DNA from: Candidatus Poribacteria bacterium
GTDB lineage: Bacteria; Poribacteria; WGA-4E; PCPOR2b
DNA length: 64,000 nucleotides
NCBI GenBank assembly: GCA_965215015.1
Contig: OZ244042.1
Coordinates: forward strand, 1,760,001 to 1,824,000
Reading direction: 5' to 3'
A program made the position numbers and the translations under genes. How positions within the stretch are numbered: position 1 is the first letter of the stretch; each line of letters begins with the position of its first letter. The notes below the pieces were generated by a model. The model saw only the letters and a program-made list of their open reading frames with translations. It was not told the DNA's origin and ran no database searches. This document shows, piece after piece, positions 20,053 through 30,660 of the stretch.

Positions 20053-20847
20053 CTAGTTGTCCCTAATTTCACTGAGCGGACGAGCATCGATGAAGAGTTT
20101 AGCACCGTGGCTGACATCTGGGGTGGTATCCACACCGCATAACCAATTCCATGTGCACTGACGCCGTGCGAGATCACGATAGGACTCCACTTCAGTGACG
20201 TAAGGGTGTCGCTCTCGGTTGGCATAAGGCGGTATTTCCTCCGACGCTATCAGCCAATCTCGATTCGGCGGTGAATTTCGGAAGTACGAAAATTTGATCA
20301 TCCCACGACGTTTCGCATTCAACTTCGGTCCCGCTTTGTGCCAGATGCCATAGTGGGTCAAAACAACCGTCCCGGCTGGGACAGTCAAGGAGACCTGACC
20401 CAAAATGTCGCCGTAATGGGCGATGGCCTCTCGATCGACCAAGCGATGATGCGAACCGGGAAGCACCATTGTGGGACCATCCTCAAGCGTAACGTCCTGA
20501 GGGTAGTAGTAGCACTGCAAGTGATTGACACCGTAGCCGTATTCGGATAGGCCATCGGAGTGCCATGTCTGGCCGGGGTGTGCTTCTTCATACAGGTGAT
20601 GGTGCGCGGTTATGGGAATGAAAAAATTTCGTCCGAGCAGGGAGCGAGCGACACCAGCAACTTCCGGGTGTAACAGCACTTCATTCCGAAATCCGGGGGT
20701 AGAAACGAATTCGTTAATTCTGCCCCCCGGCAAAGTTCCACATTGACGATTGAACTCGTCGGAGACGACTCCCCCCAGGACCACGGAGCCCCTCGAAACA
20801 AAATCCATCACCTGACTGTCGTTCATGGTGGGTTGAATATCGATCAT
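20053..20847 (-). CDS. Phytanoyl-CoA dioxygenase (PhyH) family Fe/2OG oxygenase
   Basis: WHSDG, GPTMVLPGSH, distal WH. Confidence 0.85.
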   Translation of the reverse strand: MIDIQPTMNDSQVMDFVSRGSVVLGGVVSDEFNRQCGTLPGGRINEFVSTPGFRNEVLLHPEVAGVARSLLGRNFFIPITAHHHLYEEAHPGQTWHSDGLSEYGYGVNHLQCYYYPQDVTLEDGPTMVLPGSHHRLVDREAIAHYGDILGQVSLTVPAGTVVLTHYGIWHKAGPKLNAKRRGMIKFSYFRNSPPNRDWLIASEEIPPYANRERHPYVTEVESYRDLARRQCTWNWLCGVDTTPDVSHGAKLFIDARPLSEIRDN

Positions 20848-20859
20848 CGTTTTCTCCTG

Positions 20860-21228
20860 TCATAGGTCTGAAGTCAATTTTTCCAAGATAAATTCGTAAC
20901 CTAGATAAGCGTTGTCGACATCTGAAAATTGGTAGAATTCTGCTCTCGGGAATTGAACAATTCGCCATCCGTCGTTAACCGCTTCGATAACCGAGGCGTA
21001 TGGGGCGTCTTGTGACGGCAGTGTAGGTTTATAGGACACTGTCGGGTCATACGACGCCCAACCGGCAATCGCTGAGCGCATACTTGTTGACTTTGAATAG
21101 AGATACAGCACCATCTGCCTTGGCTCGGTCAGAAGTACCTCTAACCGTTGAAGGTCAGTTTCCGTGAAATCTCCCGCTTGAAGTTTTTTACGGCTTTCGT
21201 GCAGCCACTGTTTGACTGTAGTTTCCAT
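20860..21228 (-). CDS. Hypothetical protein
   Basis: Clean ORF packed tightly within the operon. Confidence 0.7.
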   Translation of the reverse strand: METTVKQWLHESRKKLQAGDFTETDLQRLEVLLTEPRQMVLYLYSKSTSMRSAIAGWASYDPTVSYKPTLPSQDAPYASVIEAVNDGWRIVQFPRAEFYQFSDVDNAYLGYEFILEKLTSDL

Positions 21229-21255
21229 TGAATTTATCCCTGTTTCTTAAAATCG

Positions 21256-22260
21256 CTAATCCCAATCAAATACTACTTTGCCGCATCTTGATTCGTCGGC
21301 GACGCGGAGTGCTTCAATGCCATCATCAACGCGGAAATGATGCGTCACCGCAGGCACAAATGTCAATCCAGTTTGGGCGCAGTACCTCACGAAATCCTTC
21401 AGCCACGCGATTGGGAATACAACAGACCCCATCAAGGTAATTCGGCGATAAACCATATCCCCCGGATTGATGACCTTGTCATCGCTCCCGACGCCGACAA
21501 GGGCGGCTTTCCCCTCACGGCGAAGGGACGGGATGATGCTGCTTCGCCCGCCGGCACTACCGGAGGTTTCGACAAGGTAATCAACGCCTTCCGTTCCACT
21601 GAACGCGACCACCGCTTCAACTGGATCTTCCGTTGCGGCATTAACTGTAGCATCCACCCCGCACCTCTCGGCAACCTCGATGCGCTCCTCCATAACATCA
21701 ACCCCGATAACCCGTGCTCCCATTGACTTCGCAATCCGCACAGTGCTTAATCCCACAGGTCCCAAGCCGTATACGGCAATCGTTTGTGGGAAATACGGTT
21801 CCACCCCTAATCGCCTCAAGGCGGCATACGCTGTGGTTCCGACGCAGGCGAAAAACGGACCGTCGATGAAATCAATCGAATCCGGGAGTACCACACAATT
21901 CCGTTCATTTGCAACGACATACTCGCCAAATGCCCCACTGACTACCTTATCGTCCGGACACCATACGAAATCTCCCAATGAGCAGTAGTAGCACTGTCCA
22001 CACCCTTGGTGGTGATGCACGGTCACCCGGTCGCCCACTCTGAGATTGGTCACATTCGGTCCTAATTTTTCAACCACCCCTGACGATTCATGCCCTTGGA
22101 CCCAATCTCTTTCCTCCGCAGCTCGATACACATGGAGATCGCTACCACAAATCCCTGATACCTTCATCTGGATCCGAACCTCTCCACTCCCCGGCTCTGG
22201 GAGGGGGACCTCTTTGACAATACATCGGCGGTTGCCTAAAAAGACGATGCCTTTCATCAT
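21256..22260 (-). CDS. Zinc-dependent alcohol dehydrogenase
   Basis: GICGSD, GHE, CGQCYYC...C, GLGPVG. Confidence 0.9.
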   Translation of the reverse strand: MMKGIVFLGNRRCIVKEVPLPEPGSGEVRIQMKVSGICGSDLHVYRAAEERDWVQGHESSGVVEKLGPNVTNLRVGDRVTVHHHQGCGQCYYCSLGDFVWCPDDKVVSGAFGEYVVANERNCVVLPDSIDFIDGPFFACVGTTAYAALRRLGVEPYFPQTIAVYGLGPVGLSTVRIAKSMGARVIGVDVMEERIEVAERCGVDATVNAATEDPVEAVVAFSGTEGVDYLVETSGSAGGRSSIIPSLRREGKAALVGVGSDDKVINPGDMVYRRITLMGSVVFPIAWLKDFVRYCAQTGLTFVPAVTHHFRVDDGIEALRVADESRCGKVVFDWD

Positions 22261-22331
22261 GAATACTCCAATCAATCCGTTGGTTTGTAGTAAGGAACAA
22301 CGATTGTTGTTCCCTACAGTTCCTTTTAAGA

Positions 22332-23747
22332 TTAAGTCGAAGTTGAACCGAACCAGTAAGCGTAAAAGCGTCCGTTTCGCAGGGTGAAGCGCAGACGGAT
22401 AGTTTGTCCCAGAAATTGAGCGATATTGCTATCAGCCCATGCTATCCGCGCCGTGGGGTAACCACCGTGAAGGCGGACGGAGGAGGCGAGCGTCTCGCCA
22501 TCAACGGAAAGCATTTCAACCCCCAACTCGCCATTGGGTACATCAACATTGACGCAGAGTGAGTCACCGTTCAGCGTAAAAGGCTGCGTGCAAATGACCC
22601 CAACCGCCTTTCCTGCATCGAGAGAGATAAACCCATCGCGCCGCAGCACGGCCAAACAGACCGCGCCGGTGTCGGGATAGTAGTCGTCATATCCCGGCAG
22701 CTCGCCGGAGGAGATGAACGCATACTGCTTGGTGCCTGTGTAGTAGAACCATAGCTCGTCACCTCGCACGACAGCGTTGGAGGGACCGAGCAATCCCTGC
22801 AAGTCATAGGCACCGGCACCCAACGGTGAGGTCTCAATGAACGGTTTGCGTTCGCCGAGTCGCGTCCAGTTTTTCAAATCGCGGCTGCATACCATCTGAA
22901 TATTGTAGAAACCGGTATAATCTCCATGCGCGTTGACACACTCTTGGATATACGGCGACAGACGCAGCCTGTCAAACCCAGGCCAATCCGTAGGGACTTT
23001 GCCTGTGTGATGGTACATAGATGGCAACCCGATATATATCCCCTCGTAGCGAAATACGCCCATATTGTAGATTTGCACGCTATAGTGTTCGGGTGTGTTG
23101 TATTCCGTTTGCCGGAGGTTGGGATTGGTAAGCCGCGCTTCGATGACGGCTTTGCCCATTTCCTGATCCACGTCGTCGGCGTGAAAAACAACCCCATAAT
23201 CATCCCAGTGCTCAAAGTCCATGCTGGTTGCCATAGCGACTGATCTGCCGTAGGGACCGGGACGCTTCACTGTGTGGATGAATAACCCCTCCTTTTCATT
23301 GTAGGAGAAGTTCCCTTCATCTGAACTCGGCACGGCGGGCACAGCCAGCTTTGTCCAGCTCACGCCGTCCGGTGAGACCGCGAAACCCGCGTTGAGAAGT
23401 GCCCCTTTGTATCGCCTGCTCGGATCCGGATCGCTTGCATCGCGAACTGCCATTGTTCCCCAAATATTTGGTCTGGGACCCGGTATCCAGTGCAGTCCAT
23501 CCGCGCTGATACGGTAACTATCGTCCGTCCCGATGACCCAGAACTTGTAAACCCCTTCCTCCGGATCCCAAGTCGGTGCGGTGCGTGTTTGGATCGTCTG
23601 GGTTGGATTCGCACTCCGAACCACCGCACCTCTCTTGGAAGGCTGGTGCAGCGTCCGGGTGAGATTTTCGATGTGTTCAATCCCGACATCGTCAAGAAAT
23701 AGTTGCCGCTGGCCGCATGGGACGCTAAATTCCGTTGTATCGTTCAT
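22332..23747 (-). CDS. Glycoside hydrolase-like beta-propeller protein (GH32/43-like fold)
   Basis: QLFLDD, SADGLHW / SPDGVSW / SRDLKNW blade motifs, LRRDGFISL. Confidence 0.65.
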   Translation of the reverse strand: MNDTTEFSVPCGQRQLFLDDVGIEHIENLTRTLHQPSKRGAVVRSANPTQTIQTRTAPTWDPEEGVYKFWVIGTDDSYRISADGLHWIPGPRPNIWGTMAVRDASDPDPSRRYKGALLNAGFAVSPDGVSWTKLAVPAVPSSDEGNFSYNEKEGLFIHTVKRPGPYGRSVAMATSMDFEHWDDYGVVFHADDVDQEMGKAVIEARLTNPNLRQTEYNTPEHYSVQIYNMGVFRYEGIYIGLPSMYHHTGKVPTDWPGFDRLRLSPYIQECVNAHGDYTGFYNIQMVCSRDLKNWTRLGERKPFIETSPLGAGAYDLQGLLGPSNAVVRGDELWFYYTGTKQYAFISSGELPGYDDYYPDTGAVCLAVLRRDGFISLDAGKAVGVICTQPFTLNGDSLCVNVDVPNGELGVEMLSVDGETLASSVRLHGGYPTARIAWADSNIAQFLGQTIRLRFTLRNGRFYAYWFGSTST

Positions 23748-23804
23748 ACAAGGCTCCCATCTGTTGAGGGAATCGTAAAGATGGATGGCCCCACCTTCAC
23801 GCGC

Positions 23805-24794
23805 TTATGATGGAGGCTCGTTAAGTGCCTGCATCAGTGCATGGATATAACCGAAGCAATACCCGAAACCGACACCGCCGGGGTTTTCGCCGGTAATTCC
23901 CGGTACGTGATCTGGCATCACCATGTACGGGTAGTCAACCGCTTTGAGAGTTCGGAGGGCCTTGAGCATATCCACATCGCCTTCGTCTGGAAACACCTCG
24001 ACAAAATCGAGGAGCCCCCCCTTGATGTTGCGGAAGTGGATGTTAAACAGCTTCTTCCGATCGCCGAAGTAGCGGATAATATCGTAGATGTCTTGACCCG
24101 GGTTCTCTAGGGATTCCGACACCGTTCCGATGCAGAAGTTCAAACCGTGGTAAGGACTCTCGTGCATCTCGACGAATTTCTTGAGACCCTCAACCGTGCC
24201 CATGACTCTGGCAACTCCTCGATATAGCCGATCACCAATGCTCGGATCCTGCGGGTGGCAAGCAAGCCTTATTTTGTACTCCTCAGCCACAGGGACAACC
24301 CGTGAAAGGAAGTAGTCAATTCGCTCCCACATCTCGTCCGCGTCGGCGGGACCGTCTTCAAACTCGTCCAATGTCTGGTCCAGTTTATGATACTCAAACG
24401 ACGACAAACTGGCACCACCCCGTCCAAACCGCCTTTCCGTCCGCAGATGACCAAGAATCGTGATATTGTAACGTCCGGCTGGAATGCCCGCCTGTGCCAT
24501 GTTACGGAGTAGATCGCAGATTTGATCAAGCTCCCGATCCCGCTCGGGACTGGGACCGAGGAAAACATGAGGGGCACCTTGTGTTCGCGCAGGTCCCGAC
24601 GCTAACGGCAGAATCATCATATCGAGCGAAATGGCTAGGGATGCCAGTTTCTCCTTAAATTGCGATAGAACGTCTACATCCCAATCCTGCCATTCGCCGG
24701 GGGGATTGGATGAAACATGATTCACACCCAACTGGGGAAGCACCTTGTAGGCATCCCAGTTATCTCCTGAAATGTGCTGTGTACCAACGTACAT
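23805..24794 (-). CDS. uxuA: Mannonate dehydratase (UxuA family)
   Basis: VVPVAEEYKIRLACHPQDP, GLNFCIG, HFRN, DEGDVDM, MPDHVP. Family-level call. Confidence 0.75.
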   Translation of the reverse strand: MYVGTQHISGDNWDAYKVLPQLGVNHVSSNPPGEWQDWDVDVLSQFKEKLASLAISLDMMILPLASGPARTQGAPHVFLGPSPERDRELDQICDLLRNMAQAGIPAGRYNITILGHLRTERRFGRGGASLSSFEYHKLDQTLDEFEDGPADADEMWERIDYFLSRVVPVAEEYKIRLACHPQDPSIGDRLYRGVARVMGTVEGLKKFVEMHESPYHGLNFCIGTVSESLENPGQDIYDIIRYFGDRKKLFNIHFRNIKGGLLDFVEVFPDEGDVDMLKALRTLKAVDYPYMVMPDHVPGITGENPGGVGFGYCFGYIHALMQALNEPPS

Positions 24795-24845
24795 TTTGAA
24801 CTCCTTTGATTGAACTGAAAACGAGACGAATTTGTATCGAATGAT

Positions 24846-26048
24846 TTAGGGGCGCGTTGGACTCCCATCCGGCAAGCGGGTCTGCGTCCACCACTCAACT
24901 TCATCCCGACACGGATATTTCGCTGCCAAATCCTCATTGATATCGATTCCCAACCCCGGCTTGTCACTCGGATACATGTATCCATTGCGAACTTCCGGCA
25001 TACCGGGAAAAATTTCATACACATGTTCAGGGAAGCCACACCATTCCTGAATCCCAAAGTTCGGTGCCCATAGATCTAGGTGTAGGTTTGCAGCGTGTCC
25101 CACCGGAGACGTATCGCCGGGGCCGTGCCACGCCGTGCGGACGCCGTACATGTTGGCGAATGCCGCAACATGACGCGCGGGAGTCAGTCCCCCCATCTGA
25201 CTGACATGCATCCGAGCAAAGTCGATCAAGCGACCGGCGATTAACGGTTGCCACTCGCGGGGATTGTTAAACAGTTCGCCCATCGCAATCGGGGTGCAAC
25301 ACTGTTGGCGGATACTAGCGAACCATTCCAGATCCTCCGGGGCAAGTGGATCCTCTAAAAAGAAAAGATTAAACGGTTCCACATCCTTAGCGAATTTGAC
25401 TGCATCAATAGGATGCAACCGCTCATGAATGTCATGCAAGAGTTCAGCCGCATCTCCCACTTCAGCTCGGACATGTTCAATCATCCGCAACATATTTAGC
25501 ATGTACTCCCGGGGGTCAAAGTACGCCCCGTCATGCGCGCCTTCTGGTTTAACAATTCGACTCGCCTCCCCACCGTAGCCACCCATCTGAATCCGAATGT
25601 AGCGGTAGCCATTTCCCATGAATTGCCGGACACTGTCAGCGACGGCTTCGGGGGAATTGCCGCCCGCATGTCCGTAGACCGCAGCAGCTTCACGACATTT
25701 TCCGCCCAAAAGCGCATACACCGGCATCCCCGCCTGTTTCCCTTTGATGTCCCATAGGGCTTGATCCGCACCAGAAATTGCATTACTCAAAACGGGTCCG
25801 TTACGCCAATAGCTATGCACCATCCCCATCTGCCAGATCTCTTCAATGCGCGAGACATCGCGCCCAATAAGGAAGGGTTTCAGGTGTTTTTCCATCGCGG
25901 TGACAACGGCGTGGAATCGCTGTGTAAAGGTTGCACACCCCAAGCCGTACAGCCCCGGCTCCGAGGTGATAATTTTGACAATAACCAACCGTGAACCCGC
26001 CGGTTGCGTTGTGATTGTCTGAACATCCTTAATCGTTACTGTAGCCAT
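24846..26048 (-). CDS. rspA: RspA/ManD-type D-mannonate dehydratase (enolase superfamily)
   Basis: YWRNGPV, DIKGKQAGMPVYALLGG, LLHDIHERL, EDP, MGE, AWHGPGD. Confidence 0.8.
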   Translation of the reverse strand: MATVTIKDVQTITTQPAGSRLVIVKIITSEPGLYGLGCATFTQRFHAVVTAMEKHLKPFLIGRDVSRIEEIWQMGMVHSYWRNGPVLSNAISGADQALWDIKGKQAGMPVYALLGGKCREAAAVYGHAGGNSPEAVADSVRQFMGNGYRYIRIQMGGYGGEASRIVKPEGAHDGAYFDPREYMLNMLRMIEHVRAEVGDAAELLHDIHERLHPIDAVKFAKDVEPFNLFFLEDPLAPEDLEWFASIRQQCCTPIAMGELFNNPREWQPLIAGRLIDFARMHVSQMGGLTPARHVAAFANMYGVRTAWHGPGDTSPVGHAANLHLDLWAPNFGIQEWCGFPEHVYEIFPGMPEVRNGYMYPSDKPGLGIDINEDLAAKYPCRDEVEWWTQTRLPDGSPTRP

Positions 26049-26228
26049 ATAAATCCCTTCTCTCCACTTGGGGGAGCTTAGGGTAAGGACGCAGATTTGC
26101 GTTCCTTACCTTTACCTAGCCAATCCCTTTCATCAAGACATGATTTTTTCTCTTGCTCTAGTTGGACAGATTTGTTAAAATCTTCTCACTATCGAACAAT
26201 AACACTGCACCAAAGAAAGGAATGAAAT

Positions 26229-27293
26229 ATGTTGAATACTCAATCTCTTCAATTCAAGTGTTTTTGTTTTCCGTTTGCTCTGATTACTGGTTTCGTCGTC
26301 ACTACCATCGGGATAGCTGACAAACATTCGTCAATGCCGAGCGGGGATGCAAGCATCGTTTCCCCAGATGCTAAGTTGGAGAAATTGTTCGGCGACGCGG
26401 TTTTCACAGAGGGAGCTGCTGTCGCACCGGATGGCACCGTTTACTTCAGCGATATAACCTTTACACATACGTCAGGGATGCAGGCGGGACACATCTGGAG
26501 GTATGACCCCAAGACCGGGACCGCTTCCGTTTTTCGCTCGCCGAGCGGGATGTCCAACGGCATCAAATTTGATGCCCAAGGGCGAATGGTTGTCGCCGAA
26601 GGGGCGGACTTCGGTGGACGCCGTGTCACTCGGACGGATATGACCACAGGCAAAAGTGAGATTATCGCCGGCCTGTATGAGGGACGGCCGTTTAATGCGC
26701 CCAACGACATCACCATCGATGAAAAAGGGCGAATCTATTTTAGCGACCCCCGGTATCTAGGGCATGAACCGATAGACCAACCCATCATGGCAGTATACCG
26801 CATCGATACAGATGGCTCGATTCACCGCATTATCACCGATGCGGGAAAGCCGAACGGTGTGGCAGTGTCGCCCGACCAGAAATCGTTGTACGTGGTCAGT
26901 AATGACAACGGAATGACCGGCATTGGTCGGATTCCCGAAGATACACCCCTTCATAGAGGGCGTATGGCGTTGCTAGCGTATGACTTAGCGGCGGCCGGGA
27001 CTGCCACGTTTCGGAAAGTATTGGTTGACTACGCCCCACAAGATGGGCCTGACGGACTAGTCGTTGATGTAGACGGAAATCTTTATGTCGCTGTGCGCGA
27101 TACCACTCGGCCGGGCATCTGCGTCTACTCGCCTGAAGGGAAGGAACTGGCGTATATCCCAACGACGCCGGAACTCCCGACCAATGTTGCGTTTGGCCGC
27201 GGAGATGAGAGCAAGACGCTGTATGTTACATCGGGAAACAGTCTCTACCGCATTCAAGTGATGAAAGACGGCTACCATCTGCCATCAGAATGA
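26229..27293 (+). CDS. Secreted SMP-30/gluconolactonase family protein
   Basis: FTEG, FNAPND, YFSDP, PNG, PDGL, PTNVAFG. Confidence 0.9.
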   Translation: MLNTQSLQFKCFCFPFALITGFVVTTIGIADKHSSMPSGDASIVSPDAKLEKLFGDAVFTEGAAVAPDGTVYFSDITFTHTSGMQAGHIWRYDPKTGTASVFRSPSGMSNGIKFDAQGRMVVAEGADFGGRRVTRTDMTTGKSEIIAGLYEGRPFNAPNDITIDEKGRIYFSDPRYLGHEPIDQPIMAVYRIDTDGSIHRIITDAGKPNGVAVSPDQKSLYVVSNDNGMTGIGRIPEDTPLHRGRMALLAYDLAAAGTATFRKVLVDYAPQDGPDGLVVDVDGNLYVAVRDTTRPGICVYSPEGKELAYIPTTPELPTNVAFGRGDESKTLYVTSGNSLYRIQVMKDGYHLPSE

Positions 27294-27454
27294 AACGTGA
27301 AACGTAAAACGTATTTCCACCGCAGAGACACAGAGAACACTGAGAAAAACAATGACAAAAAACTCTGTGTTTCTGTGGTCGGTTCTCTCGCTTTCTCCTT
27401 TTAGAGTGGATCAAGTTTATGCGAAACGAGATCCGCCGGTAGGGCTACGCGGGA

Positions 27455-28954
27455 CTATCCAACCCCAAACAACTTCCCAATCAACCCCCATCCACCAATT
27501 CCTGCGAAAACAATCAGAATTGCCGCCGACACGATCGCACCAAGCAGCATCGGCAGCCGTGTCCGATAAACGGCGGGCAGTTTGAAGTTCAAATATAACG
27601 CGCCAAGCATCATCAGGGCGATTGATAGGTTCGCCAAGATAAATCCGGCAATCTGTGTCAGGATATCGAACGGAATATTAAGCCAAACGATGACAAACGT
27701 GGTTATGAAGATATAGACACAGATATAGCGTCGCATTTTATCGTAATCCCACTCCCGGTTGGGCCAAATTGCTTGGAAAAATTCCTGTGACACGCGAGCA
27801 TAAATTTCGGGCAGCGCCTGTAAAGTTCCCCAAAGTGCCGCGATAATACAGATGTAATAGACCCAGATGAGTGAACCGTGGATATTACTCCAGACATGAC
27901 GTTGTTCGGTGAGCAGACTCCATCCCTTAAATTCACTTTGGAGCGGGTACAAAACAGCGGCACCGGATAACATGAATGCCCCCGTTACAATGAACAGAAC
28001 AATCGCTCCCATACCGACATCCCACCGCAACGGTGCTACAATTTTTCGCAATCGACTCACCTGCTCTGGACCATCAGGCAGGTAGTCAATCTTATCGTGC
28101 GTGAAAGCGTGCTGGCGAATCTCTTCAATGTTTTGATGCCCTGTCAGCCCCCAACGGTGGATTCCGACCCAGTTAGCATAGACAATGTAACCCATGACCG
28201 AACCGCCCACATAAGCAAATGCTGTAGCCATCGTTAGGAGCGGGTTTTGAACGGCATCTTGCGGTGCCCATTCGGGAAACTCCGGCAATTTTCCGAAACC
28301 GAGACTTCCGATAAACGCTTTCCCTAAATCTGGACGCACCATTAGGGTTCCGATAATGGTCCCCACAACGAGGATGGTGCAAATGATGAGCTGCTGTTTC
28401 TCTAGTCTTTCAAACGAAAGCCGTAAGCCAAATCCGAGGGCAAGGCCGATGAAGCAGCACGTGATAATGTTCTCATAAGTCCCCTCCGAGATGGAGGGAG
28501 GCAACATGCCACTGAGAAAGAAGTGGAACAGATCCCCGCACGGCTTCGCAATCGGCACCCAAGCCAGTGGTGCCCCGATCATCTCCATCAACATAATTGC
28601 AATCAGCAGCCAGCCGCGCGGCCCCGGCAGCCGTACAAGCCGATGACCGATATATTCCCCGCTGACCGCTGTGTAGCGTCCGAGCAGGTAGGTGACGAAG
28701 ACTCCCTTAACAACGCAGCTGAGAAGCACAAGCCATAGCAGTCCATAGCCTGCCCACGCCCCCGCTCTGACAACAACAATCGTTTCGCCTGCACCGATAC
28801 TGACCGATGCTACAATCGCGGCGGGTCCAAAAACAGCAAACAACCCGAACACTTTGTTCATCGACCACGGTTGGGCAAACACGCCGCTGACAGGGGGCAC
28901 TTCAACTTTGCCAATATCTTCTTCTGTCTCCTGAACTGTTTCTCTATCGTCCAT
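27455..28954 (-). CDS. Nramp-like (APC superfamily) membrane transporter
   Basis: GPAAIVASVSIGAGE..AGAWAGYGLLW; about 11 TM segments. Confidence 0.8.
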   Translation of the reverse strand: MDDRETVQETEEDIGKVEVPPVSGVFAQPWSMNKVFGLFAVFGPAAIVASVSIGAGETIVVVRAGAWAGYGLLWLVLLSCVVKGVFVTYLLGRYTAVSGEYIGHRLVRLPGPRGWLLIAIMLMEMIGAPLAWVPIAKPCGDLFHFFLSGMLPPSISEGTYENIITCCFIGLALGFGLRLSFERLEKQQLIICTILVVGTIIGTLMVRPDLGKAFIGSLGFGKLPEFPEWAPQDAVQNPLLTMATAFAYVGGSVMGYIVYANWVGIHRWGLTGHQNIEEIRQHAFTHDKIDYLPDGPEQVSRLRKIVAPLRWDVGMGAIVLFIVTGAFMLSGAAVLYPLQSEFKGWSLLTEQRHVWSNIHGSLIWVYYICIIAALWGTLQALPEIYARVSQEFFQAIWPNREWDYDKMRRYICVYIFITTFVIVWLNIPFDILTQIAGFILANLSIALMMLGALYLNFKLPAVYRTRLPMLLGAIVSAAILIVFAGIGGWGLIGKLFGVG

Positions 28955-29375
28955 GTCCTTCCTTTCATTTCAAAAGCAACTTTTCCACTGCCTTCTTTTG
29001 TTATGTAGGCGAAGTTTGCCGTTCGGATTTTGAAGAAAAATGCTAGCAGCTATCTTAGCATACATCCGAAACCTTGTCTATCAAAAAAGAACCCCGAGAC
29101 CTGCGTTCACAGGAACAGGTTTTGGTGTCGATTTTAAGTGCAACTTGTGCTAAAATAAAGCTATCGTTTGAGGATGGTCTGCTTTCAACAGGAAGGGCAC
29201 CGACTCACTTAATAATCGGTATTTTCGATTTTGGAAAATCAACCGCCAGAGGGCCTATGTGGGTGCATTTGGCAGCTTAAACGACCCCAATTTCAGCGAG
29301 GACAGGCTCTGCCCTACCCTTACAGATTCGGTGACCATGCCTCGCAACGCCCGCTTCATCGGATGGCGACAGTTA

Positions 29376-29441
29376 GCGATTTATCGTCTATCGTAACGCG
29401 GGTTGAATGACGTTACGACACACTCAAGTGCGTAACGCCTA
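29376..29441. mobile_element. Partial family A MITE (one end only)
   Basis: Aligns with 41746-41811 (...ttgaatg..ttacgaca.actcaagtgc.taac.ccta). Confidence 0.6.
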
Positions 29442-29571
29442 AAGAAGTTAAACAATGATTGACACCGGTAGTTACTATGTAGTAGGTGCAATCGGATTAA
29501 AAGCAAACAAATTCAAGAGGTTCTCGTCGCAATTTTGAAAGAGCGAGCATTACACAGCTAGGAGAAAATTT

Positions 29572-30660
29572 ATGAACTGTCCTACTTATGAGTCGATCGG
29601 TGTACGACCACTGATCAATTGTCGGGGTACTTATACGATTATAAGCGGATCGGTTATTCTGCCCGAAGTCCGCGAAGCGATGCTCTTGGCTTCCCAACGC
29701 TATGTCAATCTCGATGAACTGATGGATTGTGTTGGGGCGCGAATTGCTGAGTTGATGGATTGTGAATGGGGGTTGGTCACCGATGGATGTGCTGCGGCAC
29801 TGTGTCAGGTGACAGCGGCTTGTGTGGCCGGCAGCGACCCAGAAAAGATGATTCGACTCCCCGACACCACCGGTATGAAAAACGAGGTTATCGTTCAAAC
29901 CTGCCATCGGAATGTCTACGACCATGCAATCCGTATGGTTGGGGTCAAGATGATTGAGATTGAAACAAAAGATGAACTCAAAGCTGCCCTCAATGATCGG
30001 ACTGCGATGCTCTTTGTTTTCGGAGACGCCGAAGAACGCGGTCAAATAACGACGAAGGAGATGGCAGAAATTGGCCACGAACATGGCGTACCCACCTTCG
30101 TTGATGCAGCAGCAGAACGGCCCGATGTGCCCAACTGGTATCTTGAGCAGGGGGCCGATGCCGTTGCCTATAGCGGCGGTAAATGTCTCCGAGGTCCCCA
30201 AGCCTCCGGCTTGGTCCTAGGGCGTAAGGATTTACTCCAAAACGCTTTTCTCAATGGTGCACCCCATCACTCGTTGGCACGTCCGATGAAAGCCGGTAAG
30301 GAGGAAATTATGGGACTCTTGGCAGCGGTTGAGCAGTGGGTAAAAAGAGACCATAAGGCGGAGTGGAAAGAATGGGAGAGACGATTGGGGGGTATAACGG
30401 AGGTTGTGAAAGATATTGATACCGTAACGACTGCAATCCGTCAACCGGGCAGATCGAATGTCGCACCGGTGCTTGAGATTAACTGGGAGGTTGGGACGGT
30501 AGGAATGAGCGGTACAGAGGCCGCAAATCAGTTGTCGACAGGCGAGCCACGGATTGAACTCCACAACAATGAAAACGGTATCTCCATCATGCCCTACATG
30601 ATGGAAGAGGGCGAAGACGAAATCGTTGCCGATCGAATCCGTCAGGTGCTCAATTCATAG
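29572..30660 (+). CDS. SelA-like PLP-dependent enzyme (DgaE / D-glucosaminate-6-phosphate ammonia-lyase-like)
   Basis: GVRPLINCRGT, FVDAAAE, PLP lysine in YSGGKCLRGPQ, RPMKAGKEE. Confidence 0.8.
   Translation: MNCPTYESIGVRPLINCRGTYTIISGSVILPEVREAMLLASQRYVNLDELMDCVGARIAELMDCEWGLVTDGCAAALCQVTAACVAGSDPEKMIRLPDTTGMKNEVIVQTCHRNVYDHAIRMVGVKMIEIETKDELKAALNDRTAMLFVFGDAEERGQITTKEMAEIGHEHGVPTFVDAAAERPDVPNWYLEQGADAVAYSGGKCLRGPQASGLVLGRKDLLQNAFLNGAPHHSLARPMKAGKEEIMGLLAAVEQWVKRDHKAEWKEWERRLGGITEVVKDIDTVTTAIRQPGRSNVAPVLEINWEVGTVGMSGTEAANQLSTGEPRIELHNNENGISIMPYMMEEGEDEIVADRIRQVLNS

Noticed and set aside
28960-29070. c-di-GMP-I riboswitch upstream of the Nramp-like gene (GGCAAAC on the minus strand)
   Set aside because: The rest of the GEMM architecture is missing; only a generic hairpin is present.
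29196-29222. tracrRNA-like GAGTCGGTGC on the minus strand
   Set aside because: Only a 10-nt match, with no anti-repeat, cas gene or array nearby.
29572-30660. True selenocysteine synthase (selA)
   Set aside because: Shorter than SelA, no selB/selC nearby, and motifs fit the DgaE-like branch.
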